Source: a virus (lineage: Duplodnaviria; Caudoviricetes). From it: DNA of 64,000 bases. Each line of letters opens with the position of its first letter. Within the stretch, counting starts at the first letter, position 1. Shown here piece by piece: positions 25,891 through 34,997 of the stretch. Position numbers and translations under genes: made by a program. The stretch spans positions 755-64,754 of IMG/VR virus record IMGVR_UViG_3300022919_000005; one strand, given 5' to 3'. Below the pieces are notes generated by a model. The model had not been told where the DNA came from. It was given only the letters and a program-made list of their open reading frames with translations, and ran no database searches.

Positions 25891-27842
25891 AGGGCCTGAT
25901 CTGGGATGACGCCACGATCGCGCCGTTCGATCTCGAGGCGTCCGGCCGCAAGCCCGAGTTCGCCCTGCAGCCCTGGCGCGTTGGCCGCGGCGACGCATGG
26001 ATCACCAGTGGCTCGATGCTGCGCGTCGACCCCGACAAGGGGTTCGTCAAGGTCCTAAGCCAGCTGTTCCCCACCAAGGACCAGCTCATGGTGGCGCTGC
26101 AGTGGGCGATCGACAACGACATCACCGTCTACGGCTGGAATATCGCCTACGACATCTCGATGCTGATGGCGCTGGGCCCCGACATCGCCGACCTGTGCAT
26201 GCGCATCCGCTGGCTCGACGGCATGCTGATGGAGCGCCATTACGACATCGAGCCCGAATACGAGTTCCAGACCGCCAAGCACAAGAAGAAGTCCTATTCG
26301 CTGAAGGGCTACACCGATAGCTCCGGCGTCCTGAAGCCCGGCGCGATGCAGCGCTGGCTGCCGCATGTGCCGCTCCACAACACCGACGTCGATTTCCACA
26401 GCACCGACCCCAAGGACCTCGCGCGGCTGCAGAAATACAACGACGGCGACAACGTCTATGCGTTCGTCATCGGCAAGATGATCTGGGCCAAGCTCACCCA
26501 GCGCCAGCGGCAGGCGGTGCTGATCCAGGCGGCGTGTCTGCCGGTGGTGGCGCAGGGCAACCTGCTGGGTCTCGTGGTCGACCAGCTGACGGTCAAGCAC
26601 CTGGGCGCCAAGCTCGATCTCGACGCGCAGGCCTATCTCGCGCAGCTCGCGCCGGACGGCATGACCGAGGAAGTCGTGCGGTCGCCGGCGAAGCTCGCCG
26701 AGCTGATGTTCGACAAATGGAACCTGCCGGTCCTGAAGGAAAACAAGTCGAAGGTCGAGGGCAAGGCGAACAGCAGATCAACTGACAAGGAAGTGCTGCA
26801 TGAGCTGGCGTTCCTCGATCCGCGCGCCAAGCTGATCAAGAGCTATCGCGAGACCCTCAATGCGCGCGGCAAATTCGCCGACGGCATGCTCAACAGCGTC
26901 GCCTACAACGAGGACGGGCGCACGCACCCGGTCTCGCGGCTGTTCGGCACCTACACCGATCGCATGACCGTCGCCTCGAAGCAGGGGCGTGGGGTCAACG
27001 CGGTGCCGATCGGCTTCGCCCTGCACCAGATGAAGCGCGAGAAGGAATTTCGCGAGGGCATCACCGTCGAGGAGGGCTTCGACATCGTGGAGTTCGACGC
27101 GGCCGGGCAGGAGTTCCGGTGGATGGCGATCGCCAGCGGCGACGCCACGATGCTGTCGCTCTGCATGCCCGGCGAGGACCCCCACAGCTTCATGGGCGCG
27201 CAGATCGTGGCGATCGATTACCGGCAGCTGGTGCGCGATTTCCATGCCGGCAACAAGACGGCGAGCGACAACCGCTACCTGGGCAAGTTCGCCAACCTGT
27301 CGCTGCAGTACCGCACGTCGGCCAGGAAGCTGCGCAGCAAGGCGCGGGTGGACTATAACATCCCGCTCGAGATGCCGGCCGCGCACCGCATCCACGCCAC
27401 CTATCAGGCGGCGTATCCCGGCGTGCCGAAATACTGGGCCCACCAGATCGCGCTGGTGAAGGGGCTCGGCTATGTCGAGACGTTCGGCGGCAACCGGATC
27501 AACGTCGTCGGCGACTGGAACGGCAGCTTCGGCTGGTCGATGGGGTCGACGGCGATCAACGCCCGCATCCAGGGCACCGGCGCGGATCAGAAGCACCTCG
27601 CCATCGCGGTGATCAAGGATTACCTCCGGCAGATCGGCGGGCGCTTCATGTTCGATCTGCACGACGGCCTCTATTTGGCGATCCCAAGTGGTATCCGACC
27701 AAAGGCAGTTGACGTAATGAAGCAAATGTTGGATAACCTACCTTATCAGGAGGCTTGGGGGTTCACACCCCCGGTCCCGATGCCGTGGGACTGCAAGGTC
27801 GGCAAGGCGTGGGGCCATCTCGTTGAACAGAAATTCGCATAG
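25887..27842 (+). CDS. family A DNA polymerase
   Basis: exonuclease motifs (WNIAYD, YNDGD); motif A FDAAGQEFR, motif B RYLGKFANLSLQY, IQGTGAD, motif C LHDG. Confidence 0.92.
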   Translation: MKGLIWDDATIAPFDLEASGRKPEFALQPWRVGRGDAWITSGSMLRVDPDKGFVKVLSQLFPTKDQLMVALQWAIDNDITVYGWNIAYDISMLMALGPDIADLCMRIRWLDGMLMERHYDIEPEYEFQTAKHKKKSYSLKGYTDSSGVLKPGAMQRWLPHVPLHNTDVDFHSTDPKDLARLQKYNDGDNVYAFVIGKMIWAKLTQRQRQAVLIQAACLPVVAQGNLLGLVVDQLTVKHLGAKLDLDAQAYLAQLAPDGMTEEVVRSPAKLAELMFDKWNLPVLKENKSKVEGKANSRSTDKEVLHELAFLDPRAKLIKSYRETLNARGKFADGMLNSVAYNEDGRTHPVSRLFGTYTDRMTVASKQGRGVNAVPIGFALHQMKREKEFREGITVEEGFDIVEFDAAGQEFRWMAIASGDATMLSLCMPGEDPHSFMGAQIVAIDYRQLVRDFHAGNKTASDNRYLGKFANLSLQYRTSARKLRSKARVDYNIPLEMPAAHRIHATYQAAYPGVPKYWAHQIALVKGLGYVETFGGNRINVVGDWNGSFGWSMGSTAINARIQGTGADQKHLAIAVIKDYLRQIGGRFMFDLHDGLYLAIPSGIRPKAVDVMKQMLDNLPYQEAWGFTPPVPMPWDCKVGKAWGHLVEQKFA

Positions 27843-27853
27843 AGGAGCAGCAA

Positions 27854-28357
27854 ATGCCGGCTTATTTTGAACACAAGCAGACGGGCAAGCGGTACACGAT
27901 CGTGTCCACCGACGCCGACAAGGGCACGATGCGCCTCAAGGGCGAGCACGCCGAGTTCGACGAACCCAACAGCGACGAGCACTTCACCAACATGGGCTAT
28001 GTGAAGCGCGAGGGCGATCCCGCCACCGACGCGCCGCTGGCTGGTGGTGCCGCTCCCAAGGCTCCCCCGCCCCCGCCCGCACCCGGAGCACCTGCTGATG
28101 CTGCACCTCCTCCCCCTCCTGCGCCGGCTGCTGGCACGCCGCCGCCGCCGCCTCCTCCTGCGGGAAGCACGCCGGGCGCTCCGCCACCGCCACCGGCACC
28201 CCCAGCTCCTCCGGCAGCTCCTGTGGCAGCACCGCCTCCGCCGCCGCCCGCACCAGCCGCTCCCGCTGCTGTTCCTCCCCCTCCACCGGCAGGCGCAGTA
28301 CCGCCACCGCCCCCAGCTCCGACCACGCCGCCGCCTCCCCCTCCGCCGGCGGCGTGA
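27854..28357 (+). CDS. small globular domain plus long Pro/Ala-rich tail
   Basis: GAGGAG RBS; about 100 C-terminal residues are almost only P/A/G/T. Confidence 0.8.
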   Translation: MPAYFEHKQTGKRYTIVSTDADKGTMRLKGEHAEFDEPNSDEHFTNMGYVKREGDPATDAPLAGGAAPKAPPPPPAPGAPADAAPPPPPAPAAGTPPPPPPPAGSTPGAPPPPPAPPAPPAAPVAAPPPPPPAPAAPAAVPPPPPAGAVPPPPPAPTTPPPPPPPAA

Positions 28358-28411
28358 CACGGACCCGGCGACGCGGTATTGCCTCTCGGGTCGAGTACAG
28401 GGAGATCAGCA

Positions 28412-28708
28412 ATGCCGTCGTCGCCGGGATACAAGCGGGATTACACCCAGGAATATAAGACCGCCAAAGCCCGCGGTGAGGTCGGCACCGGCTCGAACAG
28501 CGACAACGCCAAGCGCAAGAAACTGCGCCGCGCGCTCGAGAAGGACGGTCGGGTTCACAAGGGCGATGGCAAGGACGTCGATCACGTCAAGGCACTGTCG
28601 AAGGGCGGTGCCAACACCAAGGCAAATGCCCGCGTGCGATCGGCTTCCACCAACCGCAGCTTCCCGCGCAACAGCGACGGGTCAATGAAACGGAACAGCC
28701 CCAAATGA
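28412..28708 (+). CDS. HNH endonuclease-like protein
   Basis: GDGKDVDHVKALSKGG...N.R...NR. Confidence 0.8.
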   Translation: MPSSPGYKRDYTQEYKTAKARGEVGTGSNSDNAKRKKLRRALEKDGRVHKGDGKDVDHVKALSKGGANTKANARVRSASTNRSFPRNSDGSMKRNSPK

Positions 28709-29244
28709 TCCACGTCATGCACGACATCGAGACCCTGGCTAAGGTCTCGAACAAGCCGCTCCCCCTGTCGCTCGGCGCCGTGAAGTTCGACGGCGGGAAG
28801 ATCATCGATCGCTTCCACATCCGGTTCGACACGACCGACGCCCAGCGCTTCGGGCTCGACATCGAAGCCGACACCGTCGAGTGGTGGATGCACATCGACC
28901 GCGCCGCGGCGCGCGCCCAGCTGCATGAGATGGGCACGATCGACCTGTTCGCCGGCCTCGACGGCTATTCCATGTGGATCAACCAGACGCCGGTCGACGA
29001 GCGCGGCAGCGCGTGGGGCAACGGCTCGAACTTCGACAACGCCAAGCTGAAGGGCATCTTCGACGCGGCGGGGGTGGAGTGGCCGTTCGGCTACAAGCAG
29101 GAGGAGTGCTATCGCACGATCCGCAACCGCTTCCCCGATGTGCCGTTCCTGCGCCAGGGCGTCCACCACGGCGCGCTCGACGATGCCGAGAGCCAAGCGG
29201 CGCATCTGATCATGATCAACATGCAGCACGGTCTCGGGCTGTAA
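28705..29244 (+). CDS. DEDDh 3'-5' exonuclease
   Basis: MHDIETL, WGNGSNFD, HGALDDA. Confidence 0.88.
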   Translation: MIHVMHDIETLAKVSNKPLPLSLGAVKFDGGKIIDRFHIRFDTTDAQRFGLDIEADTVEWWMHIDRAAARAQLHEMGTIDLFAGLDGYSMWINQTPVDERGSAWGNGSNFDNAKLKGIFDAAGVEWPFGYKQEECYRTIRNRFPDVPFLRQGVHHGALDDAESQAAHLIMINMQHGLGL

Positions 29245-29489
29245 TGTCGCGCTGGGAAGCCCTGGTGGCGCACCGCAGCTGGTGTGGGAAGATGGGGCTG
29301 TTCACCTTCGCGCTCGCGATCGTGCTCTGCCTCGCCCAGCCGTGGCTGCCCACCAAGGTGCCGGTCGCGGTCGTGTTCGGGCTGCTCGGCTCGCAGATGC
29401 TCATGGCCCACCAGCTGCTCACCCAGCTCGCCGCCGCTCAAGCGCGGATCGACATGATCCGCATCGCACGCAGGGAAACGCCCGAATGA
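29244..29489 (+). CDS. small two-TM membrane protein
   Basis: two hydrophobic stretches; coupled at both ends. Confidence 0.6.
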   Translation: MSRWEALVAHRSWCGKMGLFTFALAIVLCLAQPWLPTKVPVAVVFGLLGSQMLMAHQLLTQLAAAQARIDMIRIARRETPE

Positions 29490-30166
29490 AGCCGCAACCC
29501 TGGTCGCACAGCGCGCTCGAGACGTTCGAGAATTGCCCGAAGCAGTATTATGAGACCAAGGTCGCCAAGCGCTGGCCCTATGTCGCCACCGAGGAGATGG
29601 CGTGGGGCAAGTCGGTCCATAAGAAGTTCGAGGAATATCTGCTCTATCAGGCGCCGCTCGGGGCGGACTTGGTCACCCACCAGGACTTCCTCGATCGGTT
29701 CCTGGCGCTACCGGGCGAGCTGGCGGGCGAGGAGCGCATCGCGCTCGATCGGCACCTCAACGCCTGCAACTATTTCGGCAACCCCGAAATCTGGTATCGC
29801 GGGCAGATCGATGCGCGCAAGCGCGACCTCGCCGGCGGGCGGACCCACATGCTCGATCACAAGACGGGCAAGGTGAAGTCGGACTTCACCCAGCTGAAGG
29901 GGTTCGCGATGTTCGAGTTCCTGACGCAGCCGCTGATCCACACGGTGACGGTCGAGTTCTACTGGACCCAGATCAAGGGTGCCAGCGGCGAGACCTACAC
30001 CCGCGACATGCTGCCGAGCATGCTGCGCTTCTTCGCCGCCAAGCTAGGTCGCTACGCCGAGGCGTTCCTGACCGACACCTTCATCCCCAAGCAGTCGGGA
30101 CTGTGCAACGGCTGGTGCCCGGTCACGACCTGCGAATTTTGGAAGCCGAAACGTGTCCGCACCTGA
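29486..30166 (+). CDS. Cas4/RecB-like PD-(D/E)XK exonuclease
   Basis: WSHS...CP, G..VH, GQID, DHKTG, QL, C-terminal C..CP...C. Confidence 0.88.
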   Translation: MKPQPWSHSALETFENCPKQYYETKVAKRWPYVATEEMAWGKSVHKKFEEYLLYQAPLGADLVTHQDFLDRFLALPGELAGEERIALDRHLNACNYFGNPEIWYRGQIDARKRDLAGGRTHMLDHKTGKVKSDFTQLKGFAMFEFLTQPLIHTVTVEFYWTQIKGASGETYTRDMLPSMLRFFAAKLGRYAEAFLTDTFIPKQSGLCNGWCPVTTCEFWKPKRVRT

Positions 30167-30560
30167 CCACCGCAACGTCCGCACGATGACGTCCGCCAAG
30201 ATCAGGGCCGAAAGCATGTTCAACAGCACACCCCTCGACGATCTGCTGCGGCCGGAAATCTGGCGCCGCAAGGTGCTCGCCTCCACCACGTTCGGCATCG
30301 AGCTCCGTGGGCTCTCGGTGATCCTCGAGGAGGACTGGGACAAGTCGGCCCAGCGGGTGCAGCGCGGCATGGGAACGTGCCATCCGCTGCTCGATGAATT
30401 TTTCGCCACGCGCTTCACTCCCATGTCGACCAGCTGGATACATCACCACCCCGAGCTGGATAAGGTCGCCGCTATGTTCGACCGCTACGTCCTGATCATG
30501 CGCGGCCATTTCGATTTTACCAAGCACCCATACGCGGATCGGCTCAAGCAGCGGACCTGA
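30153..30560 (+). CDS. hypothetical protein
   Basis: 135-aa ORF filling the gap between neighbours. Confidence 0.6.
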   Translation: MSAPDHRNVRTMTSAKIRAESMFNSTPLDDLLRPEIWRRKVLASTTFGIELRGLSVILEEDWDKSAQRVQRGMGTCHPLLDEFFATRFTPMSTSWIHHHPELDKVAAMFDRYVLIMRGHFDFTKHPYADRLKQRT

Positions 30561-30573
30561 AGGGATCAACACG

Positions 30574-31374
30574 ATGAAGATGCTCTCCGGGGTGCGCAAG
30601 GCATCCAAGGCGCTCGGCGACGACGTCACATTCTCCCGCTGGGTCGTGGTCCCCGGCAAGGTCGGCAAGCCTTCCTCACCCCGGCTGCCCGGCCTCGAGC
30701 TGGACGCGGTGCGCGAGGCCCGCACGAAGTTCCGCAAGTCGGTGGTGCCGGTGCTCGCAACTGACAACGTGCTGGTGAGCGGCCACAACAACATCAAGAT
30801 CGGCCGCGACGTCCGCCAGGGCGCGTTCCGGGGATACTGGATTTACACGCTGTCGCTCGAGGAGCGCGCGACCTGCCCGAGCAGCTGCCACCACTGGCAG
30901 AACTGCTACGGCAACAACATGCCGTTCGCGACGCGGCGCTCCCACAAGGACCCCGCCACCCTGCAGCGCGCGATCGCCGACAACATCACGCGCCTGCTGG
31001 CCGTCCGTGGGCGTGTCGGCATCCTGATCCGGCTGCACGCGCTGGGCGACTTCTTCGACCCCGGCTACGTCGCGTTCTGGGACCAGATGCTGCTCGAGCA
31101 CCCGCGCCTCGCGATCTTCGGCTACACCGCGTGGCTGCGCGGGACGGCGATCGGCGATGCGGTCGATCGGCTGGTTGACTCTCACCCCGATCGTGCCATG
31201 ATCCGCTTCTCCAACGGCGGCTATTCGAGCCGCTCGACGGTGCCGATCATGGCCCAGGCGGACTGCCCGCCGGGCGCGTTCGTGTGCCCCGAGCAGACCG
31301 AGCAGTTCGAGGGTTGCGGCAAGTGCGGCGCATGCTGGTCGACGCTGAAGAACGTCGCCTTCCTGGCGCACTGA
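30574..31374 (+). CDS. Gp88-like Cys-rich (Fe-S/radical-SAM-related) protein
   Basis: TCPSSC....NCY, IRLHALGDF, YT, CP.Q...CGKCGAC. Confidence 0.7.
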   Translation: MKMLSGVRKASKALGDDVTFSRWVVVPGKVGKPSSPRLPGLELDAVREARTKFRKSVVPVLATDNVLVSGHNNIKIGRDVRQGAFRGYWIYTLSLEERATCPSSCHHWQNCYGNNMPFATRRSHKDPATLQRAIADNITRLLAVRGRVGILIRLHALGDFFDPGYVAFWDQMLLEHPRLAIFGYTAWLRGTAIGDAVDRLVDSHPDRAMIRFSNGGYSSRSTVPIMAQADCPPGAFVCPEQTEQFEGCGKCGACWSTLKNVAFLAH

Positions 31375-31375
31375 C

Positions 31376-31585
31376 GTGGCGGTGGACTATGACAAGCGGG
31401 GGCGGGAGCTGATCAGTGCCTGCTTCATGTGGGCGAAGGCGAAGGGGTTGACGATCTGCGGGCCGGGGACGGGCATGGAGCGCACCTTCCTCGAGGTAGC
31501 GGTGCAGGATTATGCGGAGCTGAACCTCGGGTTCGCCAAGCTCAATCCCACACAGCGGCTCAAGATCGCCGGCTTGGCGCTCTGA
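31376..31585 (+). CDS. hypothetical protein
   Basis: 69-aa ORF, coupled to the next gene. Confidence 0.5.
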   Translation: MAVDYDKRGRELISACFMWAKAKGLTICGPGTGMERTFLEVAVQDYAELNLGFAKLNPTQRLKIAGLAL

Positions 31586-32109
31586 TGCTGCGGGACAATG
31601 GACGGTTCGCCGCGGTGACGCACCCTGCCGACCTCGAGCAGGCGCTGATCCGCTTCCGATCGATGTGCCGGTTCGAGCCGGAGACGGGGTGCGTTATATG
31701 GGTTGGGGGAACAACGTCAGGTCGCGGTCACCACGTCCGCTACGGGTCGTTCTGGTACAACGGCCGACGTTGGTTCGCCCATCGGTGGGCGGCGAAGTTT
31801 ATTCGGGGCCTCACGATCGACGGCCTGCAGGTCGATCATGACTGCCCTCACATTCCAACGCCCAACACGCTGTGTGTTGAGCACGGCACGCCCCTCACGC
31901 TCGGACAGAACCGCGAGCTGCAGACCCTTCGAGCGTTCCAGGCCCGCAAGCGCGCGATCCATGTGCAGGTGGGCCTGCTCCCTTACCCCGATGGCTATGG
32001 GCCCACCGAGCCCACGCCGCCGGACCTGATCCCTTTCTTCAACCCGCCGGCGTGGCTCGGCATCCAAGGACCAGACAATGACCATGAACGTGCCGCCTGC
32101 CCTTTCTAA
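31585..32109 (+). CDS. HNH (homing-type) endonuclease
   Basis: CVIW.G...YG.F...AHR...VDHDC...LCV.H...N. Confidence 0.8.
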   Translation: MLRDNGRFAAVTHPADLEQALIRFRSMCRFEPETGCVIWVGGTTSGRGHHVRYGSFWYNGRRWFAHRWAAKFIRGLTIDGLQVDHDCPHIPTPNTLCVEHGTPLTLGQNRELQTLRAFQARKRAIHVQVGLLPYPDGYGPTEPTPPDLIPFFNPPAWLGIQGPDNDHERAACPF

Positions 32110-32539
32110 GAAGGGCCCGCTCGAGACCCCGATCGACGTCTCGCGGATCAAGAAGGAAGCCGGGGTCAAGGACCTGATCAAGCGCATCCTCAACCACTTC
32201 GGCTGGTTCACATGGATGCCGGCAGCCAATGGCTTCGGCCAGCAGGGTGTGTCGGATCACCTCGCGATCAAGTCGGGCGTGTTCCTGGCGGTCGAGGCGA
32301 AGTTCGGCACGCGCAAGCCGACGCCGGTGCAGAAGGGCTTTGCGGCGATGATCCTCGCCAACGACGCGTTCGCGTTCTGCGTCACCGAGCGCAACATCGA
32401 CCACCTCGTCTGGTTCCTCGAGAGCTTCGAGGTCGCCACCCAGTGCCAGCTGAAGAACGAGCCGGTCCCCGAGGAGCACGGCGCGCGCATGCTCAACGCG
32501 ATCGCCGCACTGACCGACGCTTACGCGATCGAGAAATGA
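32078..32539 (+). CDS. VRR-NUC domain nuclease (resolvase-like)
   Basis: E..VK..I, GVSD, F.AVEAK...PT..Q. Confidence 0.85.
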   Translation: MTMNVPPALSKKGPLETPIDVSRIKKEAGVKDLIKRILNHFGWFTWMPAANGFGQQGVSDHLAIKSGVFLAVEAKFGTRKPTPVQKGFAAMILANDAFAFCVTERNIDHLVWFLESFEVATQCQLKNEPVPEEHGARMLNAIAALTDAYAIEK

Positions 32540-32688
32540 GCGCCGTGCCGGTCGTGCATTTCAAGACGGTGGAGGGCACGGCCTGCCAGCAGCAGCGCGA
32601 CCGGCGGTGGTCGAGCAAGCAGCTGACATCCACGAAAAACTGGGCAGGGGTGACCTGCGCCCACTGCCGCCGGAAGCAACCAAAATGA
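32536..32688 (+). CDS. small Zn-finger protein (50 aa)
   Basis: H...C...VTCAHC; ATGA coupling at both ends. Confidence 0.6.
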   Translation: MSAVPVVHFKTVEGTACQQQRDRRWSSKQLTSTKNWAGVTCAHCRRKQPK

Positions 32689-34265
32689 ACATGCCCGTCC
32701 TAATCGATCCGCGCACCGAGAGCGTCGTGCTCAATGCTGCCGATCCGTGGGCATTGCGCGAGATGCTCTCGGCGCGCAGCAAGACGTTGATCCATGAGGC
32801 GTACAACTTCGCGGTGCAGCACACGCTCGAGAGCACCAAGATTCTGCGCAATCTCGGCTATGAAGTTCCGGCGCCGATCCGCTCGCAATACGCGTGGACC
32901 GGCAAGTACAAGCCATACGAACACCAGATCGAGATGGCCGAGTTCCTGACGATGCACCGCCGGTGCTTCAACCTGTCCGAGATGGGCACGATGAAAACCA
33001 ACGCCTCGCTGTGGGCGGCGGACTGGCTGATGAAAACCGGCCGGGTGCGCAAGGCGCTGATCCTGGCGCCGCTGTCGACGCTCGAGAGCGTGTGGGCCAA
33101 CGACATCTTCGACACGCTGCCCCACCGCACGACGGCGATCCTGCACGGCGAGAAGGCGAAGCGGCTGAAGTACCTGTCGATCGACGCGGACTTCTATGTG
33201 CTCAACCACGACGGGCTCAAGATCGCCGATGTGCTGCAGGCGGTGATGAAGCGCCCCGACATCGATCTGGTGATTGTCGACGAGGCGGGGATGTATCGCA
33301 ACCCGCAGGCCGGCAAGTACAAATGCCTCGACAAGCTGGTCTCCTCGCGGCCGGACATGCGGCTCTGGCTGATGACGGGGACGCCGTGCCCGAACGCTCC
33401 CACCGATGCGTGGGGGCTCGCCAAGCTGGTCTCCCCGGAGCGGGTGCCGAAGTTCGCCGGCGCGTTCAAGAACGAAACGATGATGAAGGTCTCGAGCTTC
33501 CGCTGGGTGCCGCGCGTCGATGCGTTCGAGAAGGCCTATGCTGCCATGCAGCCGGCGATCCGGTTCAAGAAGAAGGACTGCATCGACCTGCCGCCGGTCA
33601 CCACCCGCGACATGAGCGCCGCGCTGACGCCCGCGCAGGCGGCGACGGTGAAGCAGCTCAAGGACCACATGACAACGACTGGCTCGAACGGGGCCAAGAT
33701 CACCGCGGCGAACGCGGCCGACCAGATCGGCAAGATGCGGCAGGTGCTGTGCGGCGCGCTGAAGGACCCGACGTCCGGCGTCTACTTCCCGATCCCGCAC
33801 GCGCCGCGCCTGCAGGCGCTGATGGAAACGATCGATCAGGCGAGCGCCAAGGTGATCGTGATCGTGCCGTTCAAGGGCATCATCCGGGTGCTCGAGGCCG
33901 AGCTGAACAAGCACAACTACACGACGGCGGTGGTCAACGGCGACGTGCCGATGAACAAGCGCACGGCGATCTTCGAGGCGTTCAAGAAGCAGTCCGATCC
34001 GCGCGTCCTGCTCTGCCACCCGGCGGTCATGGCCCACGGCCTCAACCTGACCGAGGCGGACATGCTGATCTTCTACGCACCGATCTACTCGAACGACGAG
34101 GTCGAGCAGGTCAACGAGCGCTTCAACCGCGCCGGGCAGACGCGCAAGATGACGATCGTGCGGCTCGGTGCGCACCCGCTCGAGTGGGCGATCTACAAGA
34201 TGACCGACACCAAGGCCCAGGGGCAGAACAGCATTCTCGAGCTGTACGAGATCGCCCGCAGCTGA
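32685..34265 (+). CDS. SNF2-family DNA helicase
   Basis: PYEHQ, EMGTMKT, VDEA, MTGTP, HGLNL, Q...R..RAGQ. Confidence 0.92.
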   Translation: MNMPVLIDPRTESVVLNAADPWALREMLSARSKTLIHEAYNFAVQHTLESTKILRNLGYEVPAPIRSQYAWTGKYKPYEHQIEMAEFLTMHRRCFNLSEMGTMKTNASLWAADWLMKTGRVRKALILAPLSTLESVWANDIFDTLPHRTTAILHGEKAKRLKYLSIDADFYVLNHDGLKIADVLQAVMKRPDIDLVIVDEAGMYRNPQAGKYKCLDKLVSSRPDMRLWLMTGTPCPNAPTDAWGLAKLVSPERVPKFAGAFKNETMMKVSSFRWVPRVDAFEKAYAAMQPAIRFKKKDCIDLPPVTTRDMSAALTPAQAATVKQLKDHMTTTGSNGAKITAANAADQIGKMRQVLCGALKDPTSGVYFPIPHAPRLQALMETIDQASAKVIVIVPFKGIIRVLEAELNKHNYTTAVVNGDVPMNKRTAIFEAFKKQSDPRVLLCHPAVMAHGLNLTEADMLIFYAPIYSNDEVEQVNERFNRAGQTRKMTIVRLGAHPLEWAIYKMTDTKAQGQNSILELYEIARS

Positions 34266-34288
34266 CCTTAATGCGAACGTCTCGCAGT

Positions 34289-34329
34289 TTGGCCAAAAGC
34301 GTTGACTTACTTGGCCAAACCGCTACAAC
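34289..34329 (+). promoter_or_regulatory. sigma70-like promoter with two TTGGCCAA boxes
   Basis: TTGGCCAA (34289), TTGACT (34302), TTGGCCAA (34311), TACAAC (34324). Confidence 0.65.
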
Positions 34330-34356
34330 GAAACATATCAATGGAAGGACAGCCTA

Positions 34357-34785
34357 GTGGCACCAGCTAACCTTGGTCGGGTCGTGCAGGCGTTTGACGC
34401 CATCCGCAACGCACGCCTGGAAAAACAGCGGAAGTGGGAAGCGGAGGAGGAAGCTCTAAAGGCCGACGAGGGCAAGCTCAAGCAGGTCATGCTCCACCTC
34501 CTCAACGTCAACGGCGCGCAGTCGATCAGGACCGATCACGGCACTGTCTACCGCACCGAGAAGATCAAGGCAGGCGCGGCCGACTGGGCTGCGATCTGGA
34601 CTTGGATGCAGGCGAACGACGCGATGGACCTGCTCGAGCGCCGGCTCAAGACGACGTTCATCAAGGAATACATGGAGGCACATGACGGCGCGATCCCACC
34701 GGGCATCAATGTCCACCGTGAATACGAGGTCACCGTCCGGCGACCGAACACAGCAACGAAGGGAGTAGCAGATGGCGAAGGATAA
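34357..34785 (+). CDS. conserved phage replication-region protein
   Basis: coiled coil followed by SIRT..GT.Y...DW...LLE.R...PPG. Confidence 0.75.
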   Translation: MAPANLGRVVQAFDAIRNARLEKQRKWEAEEEALKADEGKLKQVMLHLLNVNGAQSIRTDHGTVYRTEKIKAGAADWAAIWTWMQANDAMDLLERRLKTTFIKEYMEAHDGAIPPGINVHREYEVTVRRPNTATKGVADGEG

Positions 34786-34984
34786 ACCCGCCCCCACGAC
34801 CCTGCGCGAGTGGCGCCTCGAGCGCTCCGGCGGCGGCATGACCGCTTACGGAACGAACATCGACACCAACGAGCAGGACCGGATCACCAACATCTCTGTG
34901 GTGGTCCCGCCCGACAACCCGGTGCTCCACGAGGTCCATGCTCACGACAAGCACGGCACCGTCCACCGCCTGATCTTCGCATAA
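34772..34984 (+). CDS. hypothetical protein
   Basis: GGGAG RBS, 70 aa. Confidence 0.65.
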   Translation: MAKDKPAPTTLREWRLERSGGGMTAYGTNIDTNEQDRITNISVVVPPDNPVLHEVHAHDKHGTVHRLIFA

Positions 34985-34997
34985 GAGGGAAATACCA

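Noticed and set aside
26771-26787. CAGCAGATCAACTGACA in the polymerase gene (also partial matches near 6363 and 58510) as extra palindrome copies
   Set aside because: Several mismatches break the symmetry, and coding constraints or chance can explain them.
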